This document shows, piece after piece, positions 1 to 11,212 of a DNA stretch of 28,256 bases. This DNA is from Candidatus Bathyarchaeota archaeon (GTDB lineage Archaea; Thermoproteota; Bathyarchaeia; Bathyarchaeales; Bathycorpusculaceae). Made by a program: the position numbers and the translations under genes. The notes under the pieces are model-generated. The model was given only the letters and a program-made list of their open reading frames with translations. It ran no database searches and was not told where the DNA came from. The stretch spans positions 1 to 28,256 of the forward strand of contig CAVZPM010000004.1 of assembly GCA_963777155.1 (NCBI GenBank). Direction: 5' to 3'. Position 1 is the stretch's first letter; each line of letters opens with the position of its first letter.

Positions 1-827
1 CAGCAACTAATGTTAGCACTTTTGAAGTAGACAAGAAAGAAGAAATCCCGAGACGAGGAAATCTTTTGAGAAACAGAAGTACGATAAGAAAGCTTGTAAA
101 AATTATCGAGCTAAAAGAATGTGCTGCAGCCAAGGCAATGGTAGAAAACACGAGAATTGGCCAAAAATAGCGATTGGTTTTAACATTAATTAGTACTAAT
201 AATGGTCAAAATAAACTGAAAAAGCAAGCTTCCAAAAAGACTACCCATAACAAGGTATTGGAAGATCGAAATAGGAAATGCTGAGATAAATAAGGCATAG
301 CCAAGCAGAGTCGACTTTTCTGGAAAATTCATATTCTTTACGATAATGTAGATGAGAAGAGGAAACAGCATCGACCAGAATACTGGGAGATATTTCATTG
401 ATGAAACAATCGGTATATTGGTAACCAAAGAAAATGTTGTAAAGGACAAATGAAGCAAGGGGGAAGATGAATAAAATGGACTTAAGAGGGGTGGAGTCAC
501 AATATGACCAGTTGTAACCACATAATTTGCCAAGGCTTGCTGAACATTCTGGTCAATCCATGGTCCCAAAAACCAAACATATTTCACCGATGGAATTAAC
601 ATGAAAACAGTTCTACCAAGTACCGCAAGTGTAACACGCCACAAGATACTCTTTTCCAAATAAAAAGCAAAAGCAAAGGTTATAACAAAAAAAACAAACT
701 GAATTTCCAATCCTTCAAGAATCCAACTGTCTTGATAGTCCCTATTCATAGAATAAGCTGTTCCAATCAAGACAATTATGGCAACAGCTAGGAGTATTTT
801 CGACACCAAAGAAGGGCGTATTTGCAA
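1..827 (-). CDS. Polytopic membrane protein of a glycosylation locus (DUF2206/GT-C-like); frameshift near 190; 3' end outside the window
   Basis: ORF 186..827 has many hydrophobic helices and a 'WFLGPWIDQNVQQALANYVVTTGHI' loop. A shifted frame continues to base 1 as NRYFWPILVFSTIALAAAHSFSSIIF. Purine-rich AGGAAAGGA lies upstream of the TTG start. Confidence 0.6.
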
Positions 828-883
828 GACGCAATCCTTTCCTTAAAGCTAATAATAGTTCCATAAAATTTATTCTCTTGAAG

Positions 884-904
884 AGATTTATCTCAGATAA
901 ATCT
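884..904. promoter_or_regulatory. Perfect 10-1-10 palindrome, candidate transcription-factor operator
   Basis: AGATTTATCT-C-AGATAAATCT lies about 57 bp upstream of the gene starting at 827. Confidence 0.5.
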
Positions 905-1152
905 TAATTATTCTTTTCCATCGAAAATGCCACCAAATTTTCGGGGTTTTTGTAACAATTAACTCAAAGAATCATACAGAAGAAAACCAAGTTTTCCAGT
1001 CTATTGATCAAAATGTCAATTTTATCAAGAAAGCAATTTTGATAATTCTTAACAATTTTCAAATAAATCCTAGATATTTGAAGTGACCATCAGGTATTCT
1101 TTAGTTTTGGTATCTACTGAGTTTCTAGACAAGTTAATTTATCACGTTCAAG

Positions 1153-2299
1153 TCAACTTGTATTTTGTAACAGATTTTCGTAACAAGAAAGAATTCTATC
1201 AGCAATTTTATTCCAAGTATATCGATCTTCGATTGTCTTTCGTGCCACATCTCCAAGTCTTTCTCTCAATTCAGGATTATCAAGTAATCGTAAAACAGCC
1301 TGCGCCATTTCAGTTGGGCATTTTGGAGGGACTAACAAACCATTAACTTCTGACGAAATTACTTCATTATTTCCTCCAATGTCAGTTGCAACAACTGGGA
1401 GGCCACAAGACATGGCTTCTAAAAGAACTGTAGGAAGCCCTTCATAATGGGAGGGAATAACATGTACTGTTGCATTTTGATAGGTTTTCAAAAGCGTAGC
1501 TCGTGGTACATATCCCAAAAGAGCAACATTTTTTTGGAGTCCCATTTCATGAACGTATTGTTGCACTTTATTAAGAAACGGTCCTCTGCCACAAATAACA
1601 AACTTTACATCTTTACGTTCATTGCAAATAATCTGCGCACATTTTACGAAGTCGAACAATCCTTTGCGCGCACGCAAAACTCCAGTATACAAGACATATT
1701 TTTCGATAATGGTTCTTATTATGAGACGGAATAAATGTTTTTTCGTCGACTCCATTACCTATTACTGGAATTTCGTTAGCAATTAGTCCATATTCCTCTA
1801 ATTCGATGGCAACCATATCGAGAAACCGCAGTTATCTGTTTTGAATTATTAAATAGCTTATTCTCATAGTGAGGAATAACAATTGTTGATTGCAATTTAT
1901 TATAAAAAGATTTGAAGTCAATTATTTCTTGGTGTCTTCCATCAACTTTCATTGGTGTATGAACAGTAGTTAGCACAGGCAAACAAGTTTTGACTGGCAA
2001 AGGTATAGGCGTGTGACAATGGACTATTGTAAAGTTGCGTTCTAAAGAATGGAAAAAGTTTGCTCGTGAAAAAATCAAGAAATGAAACACGAAAAGGATA
2101 TACTTGCAAAAAAGGTACTCTAAGAATTACTATGCCCTCCACATTCTCGTACTGTTGATCATTAGTTGAAACTTTGTGGAGTGATGACTGTAACTCTATG
2201 ACCTTTGTCGATGAGTGTTCTTGAAAGATTATAAACATAAGATCCGACACCGCCTCCTGGCATAGGCGGAAACTCGGAACAAATCATACACACATGCAA
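1153..2299 (-). CDS. GT4 family glycosyltransferase, split by several frameshifts
   Basis: N-terminus LHVCMICSEFPPMPGGGVGSYVYNLSRTLIDKGHRVTVIT begins at TTG 2299. Fragments IVHCHTP..VLTTVHT and VIGNGVD follow. The C-terminal GT4 signature is PSHYEGLPTVLLEAMSCGLPVVATDIGG. Confidence 0.9.
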
Positions 2300-2311
2300 G
2301 GTGGAAAGACC

Positions 2312-2533
2312 TCAACTAAAGCGAAATCTAAGAATGTTATCATGAATTTGCAATTTAGCTGAATAAGGATAATCAAGTCGGGAATTCAAATAGAATAAGC
2401 GAGTTGATTGGGAAAGATCTGAACATGGGGGCATAACTGAGTGGTCGATTCCACACTTCTCCAATGTTTTATCAAAGTGACCAATCGGAAAAAGTATTGG
2501 AGCCGTAAATAAAAGTAATTTAGGCAAGTACAT
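2312..2533 (-). CDS. Hypothetical small protein between GT4 genes
   Basis: A 73-aa ORF fills the gap in a co-oriented cluster and has GGAGA upstream. No motif recognised. Confidence 0.25.
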   Translation of the reverse strand: MYLPKLLLFTAPILFPIGHFDKTLEKCGIDHSVMPPCSDLSQSTRLFYLNSRLDYPYSAKLQIHDNILRFRFS

Positions 2534-2557
2534 TTACTTAGTTAATCTCCACGTTCA

Positions 2558-3666
2558 TTAGAAATTGTTTAGCAATTTTAGATACTGGTCAGTTATGTTT
2601 TCCCAAGTGAATTGTTTCAAAAAAGGGCTTTCTATCGTTATCTTGTTACTTTTTTCGAGATCGTTAAGGAAATTGAGAATCTGTTTTAAGCTTGGCTTGT
2701 TGGAATCCACTAGTATTCCGTGTCCAAGCTTAGAATTTATTATCCATCTATGAGGTGGAATATCAGATAGAATTAGAGGGATATTAAGAGACGCTGCTTC
2801 GAGTACTGCAAGGGGAAGCCCTTCATAGCACGAAAGTGAGACAAAGGCGTCAGCTGCTTTCAAAAATGGAATAATATTCTCGACATGCCCCAAAACATGC
2901 AAATTACCCTGGTGTTGTGCCGTCTCTTTCAACTTTCTGAACAAGTTTCCCTTTCCAATTATAATAAGATGATTACCAGTTTCAGTCAGAATAGGTTCGA
3001 ATAGTTTTGCAAGAAGCAAGGACTGTTTTTGCTCGGTTATACGACCTATGAAGAGCAATACACGGTCATGTTGGCCTATTTTCAACAAATAGTCTCGGTT
3101 GAGAAGCTTTCTGGCGCTATATTTATCAAGATTCCAAGATCCATAATATCGAACCCGTTAGGAACGACATGGGGTGCTGAAGTCAAGCCATTCCCAAGTA
3201 CTTCATCAGCAACTGAAGGAGAAACCGTTGTAACAATAGCATTAATGTTACTTGACAATCCTTTTAAAAAATGATTTTCAAGTTTGATTCCAAAATAATA
3301 GTAGGGTAAGAGACGATGAATATGATGGGACTTATAGGCGCTGTAGAACCCAAAATATGTAGTGTGAAAAGAGATCATTATTTTTTTTCCACGAACAAGT
3401 TTTTTTGTATTGATCAACATTGGATTATGCAACCAAATGACATCATAATCTCCAGATTTGTTTGATAGATATCCAGCTGCTTTTTCCCAGAATGGAATTA
3501 GACTAATCAAGCCAAACGCATTAGTTTTTTTTGTATTTTCGCCTTTGGGAGTTAGAACATCAACTAACAAACCCTTGTCGATCATCTGATTTCGAAGACG
3601 AAAAGTTACTCTTGCAATGCCAGAGCCATACGGGGGGTATTCCGCAGTTATTAAAAGAATATTCAC
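2558..3666 (-). CDS. GT4 family glycosyltransferase (frameshift near 3085)
   Basis: N-half is MNILLITAEYPPYGSGIA..SFHTT..VVPNGFD. C-half is LLFIGRITEQK..LSCYEGLPLAVLEAASLNIPLILSDIPPH. Confidence 0.9.
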
Positions 3667-3778
3667 GATCAGTCCCCATTGAACAAATTATAGATCATTA
3701 TCTTTCTTTTTTATTATCATGATTACAATGCCAATTTGAAGATGTTAATCAATGTCTTTTTTGGTTTAGAAAACTCAC

Positions 3779-4869
3779 TCAGCAGATGATACAACTTTTG
3801 CATGGAAAATCTTCCTATTTTCTGGAAATTGACCCCGTAAATATTTCCTTACATTCTGGTACCTTTCGTTGTTCCAAATTTTCTTTACTGGTTCTTCACG
3901 GATATTACCCATCTCATATTTCAAGTAATCTGAACAACATAAAGAAGTCTTCCCGTCCCAGTTAACAACAAGCGCTCTCCAAGGATCGTGGCATAAATCT
4001 TTGTAGCTAAATCCTAATTCGTCTAGTTCTTTAAAACCGACTTGTGATTCTCTACGAATTGCCTCGTAGACATCGCATAATCTCTTCTTTTCAGGAAACA
4101 TTTCAAAACCTATGCTGGAATCGTATTCTTGAGCCCAGTTGTTAACTAAATCTTTCCAAGTGTTTGGTGGGTGAAAACGAAGATTTAATGAGGCAGTATA
4201 AATTCTGCTTCTTACCTTGAGCGTCTTTCGAAAATTCGCTTATGTTACTCAAGCTCTATCTGGTTTTTCTTAGTAATCGCGAACGTTACAAAAATTACGG
4301 GTTTCTCTCTAGCGCTCTTCTTTAGTGAGACTAGCTTCTTAATTTTTTCAACTGTTATTCCAAAATCTTTGACCTGGCTGATATAATTCATACGTTTCTT
4401 GAGTAATCCCATGCAAAGATACTGATAGAAAAGATAACCCAGATGCTGAGATCTTTCTTAGATCATCCTCATTATTAAAATGGTGCAAGTTGGTTAAAGC
4501 ATGAGTTATGACCTTATTTTTTTCAGCGTATTTAATCATATCAAAAATATCTGGGTTTAAGAAAGGTTCGCCCCAATCTGCAAATGTTATCTTAATTAAT
4601 ACATCTTTCATCTCATCAATTACTTTCTTGAAATTTTCCAATGATAGAAAACCTTTCGGAGGACCTTTAATTCCTAAACCGACAGGGCACAATCTACAAT
4701 TTGTATTACAATAAGCTGAAGCTTGAAAAGTAATATCAGGAGGATATGAAGAAGTGACGACTTTTCGGTTTTTCATGTCTTGAAGATATTTTAGGTAGTT
4801 AATGCTTTTTTTCGGTGTTAGGTATCTCAGTGGGATGTCGAATAATCTTGCACCTTTGAGGAAATCCAT
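3779..4869 (-). CDS. Radical SAM protein with C-terminal SPASM/twitch domain (frameshifted)
   Basis: CxxxCxxC motif (CNTNCRLC) and a WGEPFLNP motif are present. The SPASM segment is CHDPWRALVVNWDGKTSLCCSD..MGNIREEPVKKIWN. The terminal PCKSC appears in a shifted frame ending at 3779. Confidence 0.88.
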
Positions 4870-5127
4870 TCTTTCACTACACCTATTTAGTATTGTTTTA
4901 GAAAATAATATGGCTTTTTTATTCTATTCAGTTTCTAAATTTTCAATCAATCTTATTACTGTTAACAGTTAAAGCCTTAGTTTTCATCCAAATAAGCGAA
5001 AAAATGAATGAAAAACACTGTTAACATAATAGAGATTATCGCAACCTATGTTTCTAGTATCCAAAAAAAAGACTTTTTTGAGCAATTAATGATTAACTCA
5101 TTTGAAAAAGAATATCCTAAATTCCTG

Positions 5128-6350
5128 TCAAATCTTATTGAGTACTTCCTTGTAGATTGCCTCTATTTTTTCTGTTACATTTAGCCACGAAAAATTTTTT
5201 GCGAAAAGCTTGCTGTTTTTTCCCATTTCACTTAATTTAGAAGGATTAGTAATCAATGCAATTATTTCATTAGCAAGATCTGCACATTCCATCTTATCCA
5301 TCAAGATGCCTGTTTTTCCATTAGCCACAATATCCCCCAAGCCTCCATTGTTAAGTGCAATTACTGGAACTCCAGCGGCAGCTGCTTCGAGAGCAACCAT
5401 GGGGTAGGTTTCATGAATTGACGGAATGACACAAACATCAGCAATGCTTAACGCTTCTAATTTTGTTGACTCAGAGGCATTCTCGATAAATGTGACTTTC
5501 CTTTCTAATTGAAGATCTTTAACCAAAACCCTGCAGTAATGCACCAAACCGAAATCTTTTCCGACCATTAACAAATGACTAGTTGGCAAGTGCATTAAAA
5601 CCATTTTGAATGACTTTATTAATAGATCAGGTCTTTTGTAATCAATGAAACGCCCTAAAAATAGTATGACTTGATCTGGATTGCTCAGAGTTTGCAGTAA
5701 TTCGGTTCCTTTGGGTAAATGGGAATAATAATCAGCGTCTATCCCATTCGGGATAACTGCTATCTTCTCAAATGGAACATTGTATAGCGCATTGTATTCA
5801 AGCTTGTTAAGTTGATATAAAGCGATTACTCTTTTCGCCATTTTAAGTATAAACTTACCAACAGTTGGTCTGTAAATATTGTCTATAGTAGAAGCCAATT
5901 GACCCATGTAATCAAGTTTCAATTTATCATGAGCCGTCAGGACAAACGGTGTTCTGTTCTTTAAATGGGCCAAGCTTACATATTCATTATGGCTAAACCT
6001 GAATACATGTGTATGTATTATATCAAATTCGCGTGAATTATTGAGCAACCAGGATAACATTCTTGGAGACCAATAGTAAGAAAACATTTGCAGGTAAGAT
6101 TCAAATCTAAGAATCCTTACGCCATTTCGCATTTCTTCAACAGGAAATGGAAGGTCTGGTTTTTTTCGTTACAAAAATTGGCTTTTGATATGTTATTCCA
6201 TACCCGCAATCTCGCGGATCTCTAGCATTAAACACGGCAATAGTAACTTGGTGCCCTTTCTTCACGAGCTCTTCAGAAATTCTAGGTAACATGTAACTCC
6301 GCTCCCCCAATAGCAGGATATCCTCGCCAATTAACTTGTAAAATCCTCAT
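5128..6350 (-). CDS. GT4 family glycosyltransferase (frameshifts in the 5' part)
   Basis: MRILQVNWRGYPAIGGAELH starts at 6350, then RISEELVKKGHQVTI in a shifted frame. The main ORF has DIIHTH, IPNGID, ILFLGRF and PSIHETYPMVALEAAAAGVPVI. Confidence 0.92.
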
Positions 6351-6766
6351 TTAGCCACCTAATCCCATCAATTCATAAGGAAAGATCGTTAACTTAATTC
6401 TTGCAATTTCATTCTTGAAGATAATGTCTTTGGCAATCGAGTATTCCTCGCATACTTAACCATCCCAACTTGGTTATCACTGAGATTGAACCATTTTACT
6501 ATTGGAATTTTAACACTAATTTGACTAATAGAAGTTGACGATAAAAGAAATCAAACATGAAGTTGGTCTTCAGCTCTGAAAAACCTATGCTAAAAGAATA
6601 CAAGCTGAATTACTTAGGTCGTAATTGGTGATGTTAACGTGAGGAATTCATTCTCTTGAAATAACTCATATAGGATTTTATTTTGAATCTCGTAGTTCAG
6701 GTTTGGTCAGAGCATTATAAGATTTTATGGACACCTACGCTTAACAAAAAACGTCACCGTGTCTTT

Positions 6767-7569
6767 TCAAGAAGTCTCTCGCAAATCCGTGTGACCAGCC
6801 GAGAGTTTAGAAGCAGTCTTTAGTCGAGTGTTAGGGTTGAGTTGTGGCGCTTTTTGTTTATTTGAATCGTCGGTTCTTAGGAAAAGGGTGAATAACATGG
6901 CGAGACTCTTAAAGCCGTCAAAGTTTACTAATTTGGAGACGCCGTGGTTTCGGTAAGAATATGGAATGTACACTTCAGTGAATCTACGGGAACAATTGAA
7001 GCTCAAGCAGGTTATCTCTATCTCAACGGCGAAACCATTTTCTTTTAGGTCGATGGAGTCAAGAACTGACCGTCTGAAGGCTTTTTGCCCCGTCATTATG
7101 TCGGTAATTTTTATGTTATACATGAATCGCGTGACTATGGATAAAATGGAAGTTTCCCAAGAAGTGAGAAAGACTCATGCCTTCTGGTCTGCGGCTAAAC
7201 CTTGAACCATAGACAATATCCATTGAACCATCGGATATTGGTTTTACTAATGATGGAATAATATCGGGCAGGTATTCTAAGTCTGCATCTTGAATTACAA
7301 GAATCTTGCCACGCGAATAGTTGATTCCGGTTTGTAGTGCCGCTCCTTTACCCATGTTATACTTATGTCGAATATATGTTACGGTAGGAAACGCCACAAC
7401 TTTTTCGCCTAGTGCGGTCTGTTGAACCATCATCAACAACTATAATTTCCACTTTGCCCAGAGATCTGCTAACTTTGATTAATCTTTGTAAGACATCGCT
7501 GATGGTTTTTTCTTCATCATAAGCAGGTATTATGACGCTTACGTCTGGACTCGACAATTTTTTCTGCAT
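6767..7569 (-). CDS. GT2 family (DPM1-like, polyprenol-phosphate glycosyltransferase), two frameshifts
   Basis: VSVIIPAYDEE, VVDDGSTD, NMGKGAAL, IQDADLEY, VYGSRF, ITDIMTGQKAFRR and GFAVEIEIT are spread over three ORF fragments. Confidence 0.9.
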
Positions 7570-8348
7570 ATGGGTTAACGCTCCTTAATTTGACAGATAA
7601 AACTACATTTTTGCGTACAAAGAACCACTCATGAATTAGTGGAGGTCGCTTTGTTTCGTTTTTTCTCCTGAAATATTCGTCTGCTCTTCGCCAATGTTCC
7701 AAGTTTCCAACATCGTACCAATGGTTTTGTGTGGCGAAGGAGTACACTCTTTCTTTTGCTCTCAACAATTTTGGTATTAAATTGCTAGCAACGTCCTCTC
7801 CAGGTTCAAAGTATTTCGTGACTTTAGGTTCAAATACTGCAACACCTATCCAAGAAGGTTTTTCTAACTTGGGTTTTTCGATGAACCCTTGAACAGCTCC
7901 ATTTTTGCTTATTTTCAAAATTCCAACTGGAAGTTTAAGTTCCATCGTAAATGGAAGCGTAGCTACAGCTTTTTTTGCTTTGTGATAGCTAATTATGTCT
8001 TTGAATGAAACTTCGGTGAGGTCGTCGCCATATCTTAAGATGAAGGTGCCAGTGATCAAACCGTTGCCTTGTGCACATAAAAGCTCATCTATTGTGCCAC
8101 TGCTTTCGCAATTCACACTAAACTTTATGTCAAGATCTCGGAATTCATACTTGAAATTTGATTCATCTTTCTTGTTTATGCATAAAACTATGTCTTTGAA
8201 ACCCTGCGAGATGGCATCTTCTACTATCCATCTTACACAAGGTTTCCCCGCTACTGGAATTAGGCACTTTGGAATCACGCTGGAAAATGGAAATAAACGC
8301 TCTCCTTTTCCACCAGCCAAAACAAAAAATCTAGTGTTTATCTTCCAT
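7517..8348 (-). CDS. Sugar-1-phosphate nucleotidyltransferase (NTP_transferase family)
   Basis: LAGGKGERL..IPKCLIPVAGKP, YGDDL, FIEKP and WYDVG motifs are present. ATG at 8348 is one base out of frame; removing one G gives MKINTRFFVLAGG. The true C-terminus may be shorter than the ORF. Confidence 0.88.
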
Positions 8349-8510
8349 TTAATTACCCCTCAATTCACAGTTTCTGATGAAATTATTAATCATTGTACAT
8401 TCAATTCAAAAACCATCCGATAACAATATAGTACCGTTTGAATCCTAAACAATTGTCATGTTAAACATTTCTTTGGTGATCAACAAATGAGTTGTGGATC
8501 TAACATGAAT

Positions 8511-9113
8511 TTAGGGGGTTCGGGTTAGATTCAATTGAAGACTTACGTATCGATTGTTAAATTCAACTGATCCTGTCTGCTCGTTGTAGAGCCATAGTTC
8601 AAAGAATAGTCGATATGTGAATGTGGTGCTGTTTGAATTCCAGATGGCGGATTTTTCTACGTTTAATGTTATGTCGTTTATTTGTTAGGGTGTTGATTTG
8701 TGAATTGGTTGCTTGGATTGTGGCTTTGGAAACTGAAAAGTCAGTAGGCTCTGTCCAATTTGTGCTGTCTGGAATTGAAAATCGGTATTCGTATAGGGGC
8801 GCAAGGGGACTTGGCGTGCCACGGGTTGAGTTTGGTAATTGATCAGTTAGGTTGCCAAGCTTCACATATAAGACGTAGTAAGCTGATGATCCCAAATGGT
8901 TTCCAACATTTACGTAGACGGAGTAGTTCTGGCCGACTGCTATGTTGTGATGGGTAGTTTTCAGCCATTTGATTTGGACCTAAAAGATAGAGCTCAGAAA
9001 ATTGCTCGCCCTCGGGAAGACGAATGGCACCGGCAATTGCTGGAGAGGCAATGAGCAAAGACGCCAATTAAACGCACTGCAATAAAGATAAGTTTGTAAT
9101 CTCCAAGCTTCAT
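8511..9113 (-). CDS. DUF1616 domain-containing membrane-anchored protein (frameshifted)
   Basis: N-terminal TM segment MKLGDYKLIFIAV is followed by GEQFSELYLLGPNQMAENYP and NHLGSSAYYVLYVKLGN. The C-terminus is FTYRLFFELWLYNEQTGSVEFNNRYVSLQLNLT. Confidence 0.75.
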
Positions 9114-9615
9114 TGGTTAACTACCTCAGGTTTTGCTTCAGACAAACTCTCAATGTAATTTCGTTTGAACCAGCGCCAAACCAGAAACAAAACCAAAACA
9201 AACACGAAAACACCAATTACTGTTAGTGCTATGGTGGACCAGAAGGCGTTTTGGCTGGAGACTATGGCGTTTGTTTGGCGTTTTGAGCATCAACTGTGAC
9301 TTGTTGTGCTATTGGAAGAACGCTGTCTGCTTGAGTTGAAGCGGTGTTGGTGTCTCCGGTTCGATACGAGTTTTCTGCTTGAGCCAAGATGCCCTGGGCA
9401 GTGTTTATTTGAGCCAGCAGATCTGTAACGTTTGCGCCTGCTGCTTCAGCATCTAAAACTGCGTTGAAAGCCTGGTTAACTGCGGTGTTGGCTGCTTGCA
9501 GTTTTGAGGCGGCTTGGTCGGTTTGGGCAATCGCAGGGCAGACACATAGAAGAGATACACTTAGCATCAGTAGAGTCAGCAGGGTTATGCTTGACAATTT
9601 ACAGCGACTGCGCAA
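9110..9615 (-). CDS. Signal-peptide, Ala/Gln-rich helical protein with C-terminal TM anchor (frameshift near 9265)
   Basis: A signal peptide precedes AVNQAFNAVLDAEAAGANVTDLL. The shifted frame gives NAFWSTIALTVIGVFVFVLVLFLVWRWFKRNY..KPEVVNQ*. Its stop overlaps the DUF1616 start (ATGA). Confidence 0.75.
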
Positions 9616-9741
9616 TATTTTTTCTCCGCAACAAAATTTTAAGCAAAACCAAGGATTTTCAATTATCTAATTAGAACGATTTATAACAAACGTCCTTTCT
9701 TAGCGATAACTTGATTGCGTTAGAGACTTATTTTGACGGGA

Positions 9742-10476
9742 TTAATAGAAAGTTTCGACCATGATTCGCTTGAAGATCTCGAAGCCGTTCTTTAAGCCCA
9801 GTTTCTTTTCGCCCAATCTTTCTCTATACTGGATTGGGATCTCAACAATTCCGAAACCTTTTCGCTCTACAAAGCGGTTTAGTTCTACTTCTATGTCAAA
9901 GCCTTTTGATTTTATTTTCCAGCTTCGAAGAATGTCTGCTCGAACTACTCTTAGTCCAGTTAGGGGGTCTTTTAGTTGAATTCCACTCATGAGGTTGTAT
10001 GTGTAGGCTATGATCAGATTGCCTATGTGGAATATTCTGTGTAGCGCTTCTGGCGTTACGCTGCCGTTTAGCCGGTTTCCGCAGACCATGCCAACTTCTG
10101 GGTTTTCCTCTAAGAGCTTTATCATTTCTGGAACGCTCTCAGCGGGATAGGTGTAGTCTGCGTCTGTGATTACAATATATTTTGCTTCTGGATCTATGTG
10201 CTGAAGGCCTTTGGCGAGTGCATCACCCTTGCCCTTGCCATCTTGGAAAGCAATCGTTGCTCCAAGGTTCTGTGCTATCTCGATTGTTCTATCGGTGCTA
10301 TTGCCGTCTACAACGAGTACTTTGGTGTTGTCGAGTGTATCCATCATTTCTGCTATGGTTAGCCCTATGCCTTCTTCCTCGTTTAGGGCTGCGATGATGA
10401 CTTGAGTATTCAAATTACTAAGCTCTTGTGCTTTCATTAACTGCTGTTCGTCCCTTTTAATCTGGTTAAGCACCAT
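9742..10476 (-). CDS. GT2 family DPM1-like glycosyltransferase
   Basis: Intact 244-aa ORF with VIIAALNEE, VVDGNSTD, GKGKGDAL, ITDADYTYP, MVCGNR, DPLTGLRVVR and GFDIEVE. Confidence 0.93.
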   Translation of the reverse strand: MVLNQIKRDEQQLMKAQELSNLNTQVIIAALNEEEGIGLTIAEMMDTLDNTKVLVVDGNSTDRTIEIAQNLGATIAFQDGKGKGDALAKGLQHIDPEAKYIVITDADYTYPAESVPEMIKLLEENPEVGMVCGNRLNGSVTPEALHRIFHIGNLIIAYTYNLMSGIQLKDPLTGLRVVRADILRSWKIKSKGFDIEVELNRFVERKGFGIVEIPIQYRERLGEKKLGLKNGFEIFKRIMVETFY

Positions 10477-10555
10477 TTGTTATTCCACAAGATTACTCTT
10501 GTTAACTTAAGATATAAGACGCTATGATAAATACCACACTATATCGAAAACCGAA

Positions 10556-10915
10556 CTATTCAACATCCATCTCGGGTTTTATCGAAGCATCCAACCTATA
10601 CTTATTACACAGGTGTGCCAAACGTTCTCTTTCTGAGCTTAAAGATTCCAGTGTTCTCCGCGCCCGGTCATATCGTTCATTGAAATGCTTATATTCCTTT
10701 AGGAACTCTCGGCCCAATTCAGTCAATTGATATCTGCCACTGCTAGGTTGGACAAAACCCGCGGTGCAGGCAACGTCAAGATATTTTTCCAGAAGACTAA
10801 AGCTCAGGTTTGCCTGGAACATTATGTGTGTTTTAGCTGCACCGGAATTTGCAGACTCCAAAATAGCTGCAACGATGCCTAGGCTATCACGATTTTTACC
10901 CAAACACAACACCAT
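10556..10915 (-). CDS. Archaeal winged-helix transcriptional regulator (COG3432/HTH_45-like), paralogue A
   Basis: NRDSLGIVAAIL..KTHIMFQANLSFSLLEKYL..YQLTELGREFL, followed by a helical C-terminal extension. Confidence 0.85.
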   Translation of the reverse strand: MVLCLGKNRDSLGIVAAILESANSGAAKTHIMFQANLSFSLLEKYLDVACTAGFVQPSSGRYQLTELGREFLKEYKHFNERYDRARRTLESLSSERERLAHLCNKYRLDASIKPEMDVE

Positions 10916-10926
10916 AAAGCATTAAT

Positions 10927-10965
10927 CTAATTTAGAGGCCAACTTAGAGCTAATTTAGAGGCAAC
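10927..10965. repeat. Direct repeat just upstream of wHTH A, candidate operator
   Basis: CTAATTTAGAGGC occurs at 10927 and 10950 (23-bp period). The core TTAGAG occurs three times, at 10932, 10944 and 10955. Confidence 0.6.
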
Positions 10966-11212
10966 ACTACAAAATCCCTTCCTAATGGAAGCGGACATGA
11001 ATAATTACCCCTAACTAAAATTCATAGCCCTTCTCTATTTCTCCTCGCATATCCCTCATTTATTAGTAAAACACCTTTCAAGCAGTGTAAAACCTAATAA
11101 GCCTTTGCTGAATTTGTGGAGAACTATCAATTTATTTAATCAGAATTCACAATTTTGTAAATATTTATGCAAAAACATCGGAAAACTCATTCAGCCATGA
11201 CATTATTCGAGA

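Noticed and set aside
6355-6760. Possible degraded gene in the gap between GT4 and GT2
   Set aside because: Only short open stretches are present, with no recognisable protein motif.
1153-9615. Programmed frameshifting or phase variation as the cause of the split genes
   Set aside because: There are several indels per gene in heterogeneous contexts with no shared slippery motif or long repeat tract. Sequencing error is the simpler explanation.
1083-10730. Plus-strand ORFs such as 1083-1346, 1447-1734, 3029-3274, 7995-8423, 9761-9979 and 10524-10730
   Set aside because: They are antisense shadows of well-supported minus-strand genes and carry no motifs.
10927-10965. Possible mini-CRISPR array
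   Set aside because: There are only two 13-bp units with a 10-bp gap and no cas genes.
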